Positions 34,811 through 43,204 of a DNA stretch of 64,000 nt are shown piece after piece. Position 1 is the first letter of the stretch. Each line of letters opens with the position of its first letter. The DNA comes from Chthoniobacteraceae bacterium (GTDB lineage Bacteria; Verrucomicrobiota; Verrucomicrobiia; Chthoniobacterales; Chthoniobacteraceae), in assembly GCA_037190965.1 (NCBI GenBank), contig JBBCKI010000004.1, positions 1-64,000 on the forward strand, given 5' to 3'. The notes beneath the pieces are model-generated. The model saw only the letters and a list, made by a program, of their open reading frames with translations, did no database searches and was not told the origin of the DNA. The translations under genes were made by a program, and so were the position numbers.

Positions 34811-35239
34811 TTTGGACGGCGAAAAAAATATGGCTGGGAGCACCATCCTGAAGCGTATCACATCTACAAAATCGATTGTGATATTATCAGTTTTTTTACT
34901 TTCGAACATGAAAGAATCGACCCTGAGGATGCCAAGAAGATGTTCACCACGATTCTCCGAAGGACGTTTGATCTGAACATCCTCTATTTCCCGAATGCCG
35001 TCTCGCTCCGGTGTTTCGAGTACGGAGCCCGGCATGACATTCCTCCTCACATTCACTTTCTAATCGCAGACATCCGGCATTGTTGGACAGGATTTCTGCG
35101 ATCCTACGTGCTCTACGGCGGCCCAAAAACGACTTATGCGGCGCGTTAGAAGAGAAATGGGCGTTTAGCATCCGGACTCGATATCCGAGCGGCGTGAAAT
35201 TCAGTCATCAAATTTTTCGTTTGCTCATCTACCACAGAT
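34811..35239 (+). pseudogene. Putative decayed HUH rolling-circle replication initiator-like gene
   Basis: Stop-free frame 34628-35149 with no canonical start before 34940: ...PEAYHIYKIDCDIISFFTF...AKKMFTTILRR...LRCFEYGARHDIPPHIHFLIA...YAAR*. The same frame continues EEKWAFS...IYHR* after the stop. Confidence 0.4.
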
Positions 35240-35473
35240 AACTATAGGCGTATCCGCAGAACGTCGGAACTTTGAGTTTCCTTGCAGGCTGGAATTCAGC
35301 CGCCCGCACCAAGGGTGCGCAGCAGCTGAAACCACCTGGCGAATTTACCATTCTCGAATACGCCCTTGATTCGAGCGTAGCCCCAACCCGTTCGGCTTCC
35401 AGCGAAACGCCCTGTCCGCCGCCCTCCTGCAGGGCTCTGTCAAAAGCCCGGCGACTGCAGGCCGCGCATGCGG

Positions 35474-36394
35474 TCAGAACACCGGGCCCGGGACGAAGTT
35501 CCCTCCCCGGCACCGTTGCAGGTAGTGAAGGGCGTGAACCTGCCCTGTCATCTCCAGCTCCCCCTTGTAAACCGGGTCGTGCCACCCTTCGATGTCGATC
35601 GTTCCGGAGTAGTTCGCAGCGCGGAGGATGGAGATGATGTCCGTCCAGTTGGAATCTCCGAACCCGGGATGGCGGTGCTCCGCGATCGGCTTGTTTGAAT
35701 GGATACCGTGTCTCGCGATCACATCGCGGTAAACACTCGCATCCTTGCCGTGAAGGTGAAAGATCTTGTGAACCCATTGGCGAAGCTGCGGGATCGGGTC
35801 AATGAGCTGGCAGAGTTGATGGCACGGCTCCCACTCCAGCCCGACGTTCGGCGCCGGGAGAACATCGAACAGAAGCTCCCAGGCATCGGGGTTGAAGGCG
35901 AGATTCCAATCGCCCGAGTTCCAATCGCCATTCATTGGGCAGTTTTCAAAGGCAATCCGAACTCCGCGCGCCGCCGCCCGCTCAGCCAGCGGCTCCCAGA
36001 CCTCCTTGAAGCGAGGGAGGGAACTGGGAACCGGCTCGCCCCGGACCCGTCCGGTGAACCCACAGACCAAGTCACACCCAAAGTGCGGCGCGGCATCAAT
36101 CGCTTTCTGCAACGCCTCCCGGGTGGCCTTGTCGGCTTCCTCTTCTCCGAGCGGATTCCCAAACACCCCGAGCGAAGAGACGATGGGGCGCTCCGCGGTT
36201 TCCCCCGCCTCCACCAGAACCGCCGCCACTTCATCTGCCAAACGGCAAAGGTCGACTCCCTCCAATGTACGCCAAAACTGAATCTGGAACGACTCGAAAC
36301 CGAGCGGAATCAGGTAACGAAGATAGTCGGGCGTCCGATTTCCTTTTCCGGCCATCGTCCCGATCCGAATCATATGATCTAAATGACTATTCAT
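35474..36394 (-). CDS. Sugar phosphate isomerase/epimerase (AP endonuclease 2 TIM barrel)
   Basis: RIAFENCPM, GLEWEPCH, FHLHGKD, RHPGFGD, IDIEG. Confidence 0.88.
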   Translation of the reverse strand: MNSHLDHMIRIGTMAGKGNRTPDYLRYLIPLGFESFQIQFWRTLEGVDLCRLADEVAAVLVEAGETAERPIVSSLGVFGNPLGEEEADKATREALQKAIDAAPHFGCDLVCGFTGRVRGEPVPSSLPRFKEVWEPLAERAAARGVRIAFENCPMNGDWNSGDWNLAFNPDAWELLFDVLPAPNVGLEWEPCHQLCQLIDPIPQLRQWVHKIFHLHGKDASVYRDVIARHGIHSNKPIAEHRHPGFGDSNWTDIISILRAANYSGTIDIEGWHDPVYKGELEMTGQVHALHYLQRCRGGNFVPGPVF

Positions 36395-37448
36395 AAAAAA
36401 AAGATTGTACCAAAACCGGGCAGCCTTCGTTCTCGGCGCTCTGTACCGCGCCCGCCACCATCACCAGACTTTGAAGGTTATCCTCGGCGCAAGTCTGAGG
36501 CACGCTGGCGGCATCAAGCGCATCCAGAAACTCGCCGATGTTTCCGGCATGGCCAAGCTGCGCCTCAGTGAGAAGCTCGAGCGGAATCTCGAGCCGTTCC
36601 ACCGGTTGAGAGAAAGCCGTGCCATCCCAGGAACCCAGCACCCGCTCCACGGTGACGATTTGATCCCCGTCCCACAAAAGCGTCCCGCTTTCCCCGATAA
36701 TGCGCCACGAAGCATTCCAGTTCGTCGGGTGCCCCTGCGCGCACCAGCTTCCCCGGTAGGTAAACAGTGTCTCATTCGTCATCTCGAACAGCGCCACAGC
36801 GCTTGCCCCTTGGGAGAACCAAGATCCGGGCGGGTTGAACTCGTGGCAACTCACCCGAACGGGGTCGAAGCCGCTCAGAAACCGGGCTTCATCAAAGGTA
36901 TGAATCGCCATGTCGAGAAGGAGCGGGTGCTCCATCGTTGCCCGGAACCCGCCGAAGCGCGGCCCGAGAAAAAAATCCGCATGGATCGTATGGATACGGC
37001 CAATCGCACCGCCCGCAAGAGCATTCTTGGTGGCAACCGCCCCAGGATGATAACGCCGGTTCTGGATAACCGCCAGCCGCTTTCCCGTTCTGGCGGCCAA
37101 TGCCGCCAGTTCCCGAGCTTCGGCTAAGTTGGATGCGAGCGGCTTTTCCACCAGCACATCGCATCCCGCGCGCAGGGCTGCCCCGCAGGTGGAAGCGTGC
37201 GCCTCGGGGATGGTACAGTTGAACACGATGTCGGGCCGGATCTCGGCCAGCATAGCTTCCAGCGAGGTGCCGGTTGGAAGATCAGACCCGGGGTAGAACT
37301 TGCCAGCAACGGCGCGGGCATTCTCCTCGCGAAGATCGACAAACCCTGCGGGTTCAAGGCGGTCGGCGAAGTGATCCTGGATGGCGGCAAGCCAGCTATG
37401 ACTGATCCCTCCACATCCGGCTAACACAAAACGGCGTTTCTTTGGCAT
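36387..37448 (-). CDS. Gfo/Idh/MocA oxidoreductase; start re-chosen at ATG 37448
   Basis: LAGCGGIS, VLVEKPLA, QNRRY, LLDMAIHTFD. Confidence 0.9.
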   Translation of the reverse strand: MPKKRRFVLAGCGGISHSWLAAIQDHFADRLEPAGFVDLREENARAVAGKFYPGSDLPTGTSLEAMLAEIRPDIVFNCTIPEAHASTCGAALRAGCDVLVEKPLASNLAEARELAALAARTGKRLAVIQNRRYHPGAVATKNALAGGAIGRIHTIHADFFLGPRFGGFRATMEHPLLLDMAIHTFDEARFLSGFDPVRVSCHEFNPPGSWFSQGASAVALFEMTNETLFTYRGSWCAQGHPTNWNASWRIIGESGTLLWDGDQIVTVERVLGSWDGTAFSQPVERLEIPLELLTEAQLGHAGNIGEFLDALDAASVPQTCAEDNLQSLVMVAGAVQSAENEGCPVLVQSFFYE

Positions 37449-37521
37449 GAAATATAAAAAGGAATAAAAAGCGATCTCGACGAGCCCAAAATGGGATCCG
37501 ATAATGGTCCGACGGTAAAAT

Positions 37522-38469
37522 ATGAAGCGCGACACGACAATTCATCGCCGTAGCAGGAAACCGGCATTAATAAGACAAAACCGGCTTGATCGGATGTTGT
37601 CCTGCGCTGATCTTCGCGTGGCCCATTATCTTCGCATCGTGGAACGTCGGATCGGGGAAGTGGAGGCGGGAGAGTTCAGCCTCAAGGTGCCGCGCCTTCG
37701 TGGGCTCCGTCTCCGTCTGCCAGGCAAACCGTTTCATGCCACGCCTGAGCTGTTTCTTCAGGAGCAGGGGGACCTGGACTTCGAGTTCCCGGAAGAGCGT
37801 CTTTCCCTGTTGGCCGGAGAGACGTGCATCGTCCCGAGCGGGATGCCACACCTCGAACGATGGCATGCGAGAGGCGCGCCCTTTCTCAACATGATCGTCA
37901 TGTTCCAGCGAGATGGAATCGCCATTCACCACGGTTACGGGGGCGGGTGCATCCGGGTGGGGCCGCTTGATCGTTTTACGCTCCCCGGCCACCTCAAAAT
38001 CGTGGAGCATGCTGACGAAATCAGCGGACGACTTGACGGCGGCATGACCCCCAGAGAGCCTGTGACAAGGGGGCTCTACCTCGCGCTACTGGGACGACTC
38101 AGGGAGGGACTCCTTTCGCGTCCGGTCGATTCGCCCGAGATTCACCCGGTGTTGCGCCGCTGCCATGCGTTGCTCGAAACCGACTTCACACGGCCCGACT
38201 TTTCGGTCGAGGGAGTGGCCGCGAAGCTCGGTTGTTCGGCCGATCACCTTTCACGGACCTTCCGCAAACACTCCGGGCGGCGGCTGATCGAATATGTGCT
38301 TCAAAAACGGATCGACTACGCAAGGCACCTGCTCAAAGAGTCCCGCTTCAACATCGCCGAGGTTGCGTGGGCGTGCGGCTTTGCCAACACCTCATATTTC
38401 AACCGCGTCTTTCGTTCATTGACTGCAATGACTCCAGGAGCGTTCCGGAAAAAGCAGGGGATGCTGTAG
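37522..38469 (+). CDS. AraC-family regulator
   Basis: FHATPELF cupin; VAAKLGCSADHLSRTFRK..NIAEVAWACGFANTSYFNRVF. Confidence 0.88.
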   Translation: MKRDTTIHRRSRKPALIRQNRLDRMLSCADLRVAHYLRIVERRIGEVEAGEFSLKVPRLRGLRLRLPGKPFHATPELFLQEQGDLDFEFPEERLSLLAGETCIVPSGMPHLERWHARGAPFLNMIVMFQRDGIAIHHGYGGGCIRVGPLDRFTLPGHLKIVEHADEISGRLDGGMTPREPVTRGLYLALLGRLREGLLSRPVDSPEIHPVLRRCHALLETDFTRPDFSVEGVAAKLGCSADHLSRTFRKHSGRRLIEYVLQKRIDYARHLLKESRFNIAEVAWACGFANTSYFNRVFRSLTAMTPGAFRKKQGML

Positions 38470-38650
38470 GAGCCGCTCCATCAGCAAATCACTAGTCGCG
38501 CGAACTGCTTGGCTACGCGGTGCACGGATTCTCCCTTAGGCGACAGGAGGGCATTGTGCGGCCCTTCAAGCCGGGCGGTATTGGCACCCATCCAGCCGCG
38601 CCGCTTAAAAAAGACGCCCACCAGCCCCGGAGCGCTCGCAAAATCAACGG

Positions 38651-39661
38651 CTACATCGATCTTTCAAACGCTCTAATATCGACGCTCTTACCGGAGGCCA
38701 GGCTCTCTGTTGCGGCGATACACACTTCAAGGCTTTGAGTTGCATCGGCATAGCTAGATCGCAGCAGACCTTGATCCCCGCACTGCACCGCGTTTACGAA
38801 CCCTTTCAGTTCTTCGAGATAGGAATTTGCCTTGGCGCTTTCGTCAATCACCGCGTCTCCGACTGTCCCAAACAGCCGCGCCTTCCCGATCTGCCAGGTA
38901 AGATCGAGATCTTCCCCCACAACCTGAATCTCAAGCAGATGCTTCTTATGCGACCAATTATGGAGATGGGTGGACAGCATTCCAGACTCGTGTTGCAACA
39001 GATATCCCGTTGTTTCTTCGCAATCTCTCCCCGGAACGGCAACAAGGCTGCCCAGATCGGCGATGGTCTGCACCTTAACCGGTTCGTCTCCTGTAATATA
39101 TCGCAACACGTCCTGGAAGTGAATCGCCTGCTCAATTAATGGGCCACCGCATCCATCCTTCCTGTAAAGCCATTTTGAAGCCCAGCCTTTGGCCACCCAA
39201 TCGAATACGGGCCATGCGACGACCGATCTTGCCAACAAACGATGATGGCCTTCCAGCAGTTGCCGCATTCGGCTGGCCAAGGGATCCCAGCGATACATGA
39301 AGCCGGTCGTATTGAGGATTCCGGCCCGTTCAATCATTGTCCGAATCTCCCCGGCAGATTCGCGCGTCATGGCCGGCGGCTTCTCGCAGAACAGGGCAAT
39401 ACCCCGCTCGCAAACGGCGGCAATCGGGTCGCGACGCACCATGGCCGGGGTCGCGAGAATGAGTGCATCCAACTCGCGTTCCCCCTCCAGCAGTTCTTTC
39501 CAACCCGAATAAGGCCGCGCCCCATAGTTACCGGCCGCTTTGGCAACCAGCGCCGGGTCCAGATCGGCAACCGCCACCACGCTTGCATCCGGAATGGAAG
39601 CAAGATTCTTGAGATGCATTGCTCCAACACCGAGCCCCACCACGGCAATTTTTACAGACAT
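38651..39661 (-). CDS. Gfo/Idh/MocA oxidoreductase; start re-chosen at ATG 39661
   Basis: IAVVGLG, LFCEKPP, GFMYRW, GGPLIEQAIHFQD. Confidence 0.9.
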   Translation of the reverse strand: MSVKIAVVGLGVGAMHLKNLASIPDASVVAVADLDPALVAKAAGNYGARPYSGWKELLEGERELDALILATPAMVRRDPIAAVCERGIALFCEKPPAMTRESAGEIRTMIERAGILNTTGFMYRWDPLASRMRQLLEGHHRLLARSVVAWPVFDWVAKGWASKWLYRKDGCGGPLIEQAIHFQDVLRYITGDEPVKVQTIADLGSLVAVPGRDCEETTGYLLQHESGMLSTHLHNWSHKKHLLEIQVVGEDLDLTWQIGKARLFGTVGDAVIDESAKANSYLEELKGFVNAVQCGDQGLLRSSYADATQSLEVCIAATESLASGKSVDIRAFERSM

Positions 39662-40494
39662 GTAATTTCCCCCAGTTGTTTTTCTAGTTCTTTCAAAGAG
39701 CAGGAGAGCCGCGACATCACCTCGCTGGCGTCCATTTTCCAAATGCCCCGGTCGTAAAGCTCGACGCTGTAATATCCTCTATACCCGAACCGATGAAGGG
39801 CTCTCATCATGTTTGGGACATCGATGCGCCCTTCGCCGGGGAAACAGCGGCGCTCGCTCGAAAGCCTCTCCATGGGCAAACGAGATGAATCATCGATATG
39901 AACCATGAATAGCTTCTCTGAAGGCAAAAGCGTCAATTCCTCCAGATGACTCGCCGATGTATAATAGTGGCAGAGATCAAACAGTAATCCACACGCAGGG
40001 TGATCGACTTGATTGATCAGTTCAATGCAAGATCCCAGCGTTCCATTGATGCCATACCCGCCGAGAAATTCCAGACACAGCCGGATGTCGCGGGAAGCGG
40101 CCATCTCAGAGGCTTTGCGAAGCTTCTCCGCCACACAAGCGTAATCTTTTGCAATATCCTCCTGCACCTCGCCAAGAATGATCACCGCGAGGGCGGGAGC
40201 GCCGAGGGCTACCGCCATCTCCAGCCTCTTGCCGAGGGCATCCATCTCCCTCTGGGTTTGTTCGGGATCATTGGAGGTAGATAGGCTTGCGAACGCCAAG
40301 CCGACAACCGTCACTCCGGCCTCCCCCAGTTGCCGCCTCATCTGCTCATACGTCCCGCCTGTTGCCAGGAAAGCGTCGACCTTCGAGGCCCAAACTTCGA
40401 CGTGACTGATCTTGAATTCCTTCCAGAGGTCAAGCTCTTCACTCCACGAAGAGTTCATCACCGTCGCACTATTTAATGCCCATTTGATGCTCAT
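39652..40494 (-). CDS. Sugar phosphate isomerase/epimerase (IolE/IolI-like TIM barrel); start re-chosen at ATG 40494
   Basis: LCLEFLG, LLFDLCHY, VHIDD, RCFPGEG, YSVELY. Confidence 0.88.
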   Translation of the reverse strand: MSIKWALNSATVMNSSWSEELDLWKEFKISHVEVWASKVDAFLATGGTYEQMRRQLGEAGVTVVGLAFASLSTSNDPEQTQREMDALGKRLEMAVALGAPALAVIILGEVQEDIAKDYACVAEKLRKASEMAASRDIRLCLEFLGGYGINGTLGSCIELINQVDHPACGLLFDLCHYYTSASHLEELTLLPSEKLFMVHIDDSSRLPMERLSSERRCFPGEGRIDVPNMMRALHRFGYRGYYSVELYDRGIWKMDASEVMSRLSCSLKELEKQLGEITCL

Positions 40495-40625
40495 AAATGA
40501 TGTCTGAAATGCCCCTTTGTCCCACCGATACAATGGTTACTTCGGATGCAGGGCGGCAAGTCTCAATGACGAAAGCAAGCTATCAAGATCCGGCTTGTGG
40601 AGTAATAGCGCGGAATGCTAGAAAC

Positions 40626-41483
40626 ATGGAATATCGCGCTATGCCGCTTCCACGCACTGAGTCCCCCCAGCCGCCTTCCCAACCGATCACTATTGGTTCC
40701 TTCTCGTGCAAGAGCAGACACTTTGCATGGAGAACCAATGGAACCGGCGATTGGCAGATTCTCTACACCGAGAGCGGCTATGGCCGCTTTGGAACCTGCC
40801 AAGGAGATCTGCAATCGAAGAAAGGAGATCTGGTGCTTCTTTGTCCTCGTACCCCCCATGACTATGGTGCCTCCTCCCCGAACCGGAGCTGGAAAGTTCG
40901 GTGGGCTCATTTCATCCCCGATGACCGATGGCTACCATGGCTGCGCTGGCCCGAATTTTCACCCGGCGTTCTCCGGCTCGAACTGGATGACCTGCAGTTG
41001 CACCGCACGATGGTGGAGAGGTTTGCGGTGATGGAGCAGTATTCGAGAAGCCCGGCTCGCCATGGAGAGGCCCTCGCGCAAACGGTTCTTCAGGAAATCC
41101 TCCTTCACTGCGATGCCCACAATCCCCACACGCGGGAGTCCTTGATGGACGCCCGGATCAGGAAGGTTGTCGAGTCCATGGCAGGAAGTCTCGCCCAGCG
41201 GATAAAACTCGAAAGAATGGCCGCTTCCTGTGGACTCTCCGCTTCGCGGTTCTCCCATCTTTTCCAAAAAGAAATCGGAAAGAGCCCCCTGCACTATCTT
41301 GAAGATCGCCGCATGCTGCGCGCCCGGCAAATGATGGAGAGTACAGGCCATTCCATTTCGGAGATCGCCTACGATCTGGGCTACGATGATCCTTTGTATT
41401 TCAGCAAGCGATTCAAGGCTTACACCGGTTTCAGCCCGCGCGATTTTCGCAGGAAGCTGAGCGTGGAACCTCGCCGCCTTTAG
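40626..41483 (+). CDS. AraC-family regulator (arabinose-binding-like N-domain); start re-chosen
   Basis: RTNGTGDW, PHDYG, WAHF; GLSASRFSHLF..SISEIAYDLGYDDPLYFSKRFK..SPRDFR. Confidence 0.9.
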   Translation: MEYRAMPLPRTESPQPPSQPITIGSFSCKSRHFAWRTNGTGDWQILYTESGYGRFGTCQGDLQSKKGDLVLLCPRTPHDYGASSPNRSWKVRWAHFIPDDRWLPWLRWPEFSPGVLRLELDDLQLHRTMVERFAVMEQYSRSPARHGEALAQTVLQEILLHCDAHNPHTRESLMDARIRKVVESMAGSLAQRIKLERMAASCGLSASRFSHLFQKEIGKSPLHYLEDRRMLRARQMMESTGHSISEIAYDLGYDDPLYFSKRFKAYTGFSPRDFRRKLSVEPRRL

Positions 41484-41524
41484 AGCAGTTCAACTAATTC
41501 TGTAGCCAAGACGAATACGCATAT

Positions 41525-43204
41525 TCACTTTTCCGTGGGAATAATCGTCCCCCGCAGGATCAATCGCTGGCAAAAGACAAAAACCAACAAGGTGGGGACG
41601 GAGGCGATTACGAATGCCGCCATGCCGAGCCATGGCCTGGCGGAGTAATTCATCTGAAACTGAAATAGCCACACCATCAGCGTCCACATTTTCGAGTCCT
41701 GACAGACAAGCAACGCCCACATGTAGCCGCTGTAGGCCGCGGTAAACGAGCCCAGCGCAGTCACGGCAAGAATCGGAGCGGAAAGGGGCAATGCGACATG
41801 CCAGAACATTTGAGCATCCCCGGCACCATCGACCTTTGCAGACTCGAAGAGCTCTTCGGGAAGTCCATCGAAGAAGCCTTTCAACAGAAAAATGCTGAAG
41901 CCCGATGCCGCGCCGGGAAGCACCAGGGCGGCGAATGTATTCAGCATATTCAAGTCCCTCAACAGGAGGAAACTGGGAATCATGGCCACCTCGGCCGGGA
42001 AGGCGATGGTCAAGACGAGAAACATCAAGGTAAGGCGGCCATGCCTGCCTTGATATCGGCTGATACCATAGGCTGCGAGAGGGTTGATGATGAGGGCCAC
42101 CAATATAGATAATATGACCAAGATGACAGTATTGAATACCGCATCGCTTTGCTGGGTGAGGAATTTTCCGACAATGCGGTAGTTCGCCACCATCATTTCC
42201 AGACGAAGCGAGGTTTCGTTTCCGACAAACAGGGCTGAGTCTTCAGTGCGATAAAGCAAGGGGGCTGTGTTCAGTTTGAGGGTGGGATCGCCCCAGGCGG
42301 AGGTCAGCGCTGTATCCGATCCATACTTAGCCGAAAGAAAGTCTCGCCACTCAGATTCCGCGCAGATCAACTCGTTGCCCTTCGTCAAACTCTCGGGCCA
42401 AGTCGTGCTCAAAAATCTCTCCCATAGCTCCTTCGCCTTTGGATCTGTCGGCCCTTCGGGGCGAAACTCTTCTCTATTTGGCAGCTCTCCTTCGGAGACC
42501 TGATTCTTTAGCCACTCCCTCCAAATGAAGTCCCCGCTCACGGGCAAAAGGCTTTGCGGCGGAAGCAGCAAAAGGAACTCTTGATAGTCGGAATAAATGG
42601 GATCGTCGGGGTCATCAAGCTGGCGCCCGAGCTTCCATGGCGGCAGGGGCACGAAGCTCATCTCTTGCTCAGCCAGATGATAAGTGCGGTTGAGGCGCTC
42701 GATTGGTTTGAGTTCGGCCCATTCGGCGATCTTCGTTCCCCGGACCACCGCTCCGTCAAACCGGAGGGCCAGGAAATCATGATAACGAGACTCTGCATCC
42801 GCTTCGTCAGCCACACGCAGGTAGGTACGATTTGCCTTGGTGCTTAAGAATTGGCGCCAATCCCTGAGGGGCTGCAAGGGTGGCTGACCGGTTGGGGCGG
42901 AAATCCGCCCCTTCAGATCAGACGCACGAACGACTCCCTCCACTTCATAGATATCGGCAAGCAGGCGAAAGTCGCCGTATCTTTTGAGAAGGAATTTCTC
43001 AAAAAGAGCATCTCGCTCAAAAAGATAACGCGGAACCAGCCCTCTGTTCCTGAAGTCGTGATCGTCGGACAAGGAACCCGTCAACATCATCCAGAATGGA
43101 TAGATCATCGTCAACCCGCCGAGGGTCAGGAGGATGTAGAAGCCCGTCAGCAGCCAACGCGCTTCTCGATACATTTTGGGGTTACCTACTAAACCAGCGC
43201 TCAC
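41525..43204 (-). CDS. Carbohydrate ABC permease (MalG-type) with large extracytoplasmic insert; paralog of 28087-29946
   Basis: GTG start at 43204 overlaps the upstream TGA (GTGA), with AGGAGG 6 nt upstream; YPFWMMLTGS, AAYGISR, LLKGFFDGLPEELFESAKVDG. Confidence 0.9.
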   Translation of the reverse strand: MSAGLVGNPKMYREARWLLTGFYILLTLGGLTMIYPFWMMLTGSLSDDHDFRNRGLVPRYLFERDALFEKFLLKRYGDFRLLADIYEVEGVVRASDLKGRISAPTGQPPLQPLRDWRQFLSTKANRTYLRVADEADAESRYHDFLALRFDGAVVRGTKIAEWAELKPIERLNRTYHLAEQEMSFVPLPPWKLGRQLDDPDDPIYSDYQEFLLLLPPQSLLPVSGDFIWREWLKNQVSEGELPNREEFRPEGPTDPKAKELWERFLSTTWPESLTKGNELICAESEWRDFLSAKYGSDTALTSAWGDPTLKLNTAPLLYRTEDSALFVGNETSLRLEMMVANYRIVGKFLTQQSDAVFNTVILVILSILVALIINPLAAYGISRYQGRHGRLTLMFLVLTIAFPAEVAMIPSFLLLRDLNMLNTFAALVLPGAASGFSIFLLKGFFDGLPEELFESAKVDGAGDAQMFWHVALPLSAPILAVTALGSFTAAYSGYMWALLVCQDSKMWTLMVWLFQFQMNYSARPWLGMAAFVIASVPTLLVFVFCQRLILRGTIIPTEK

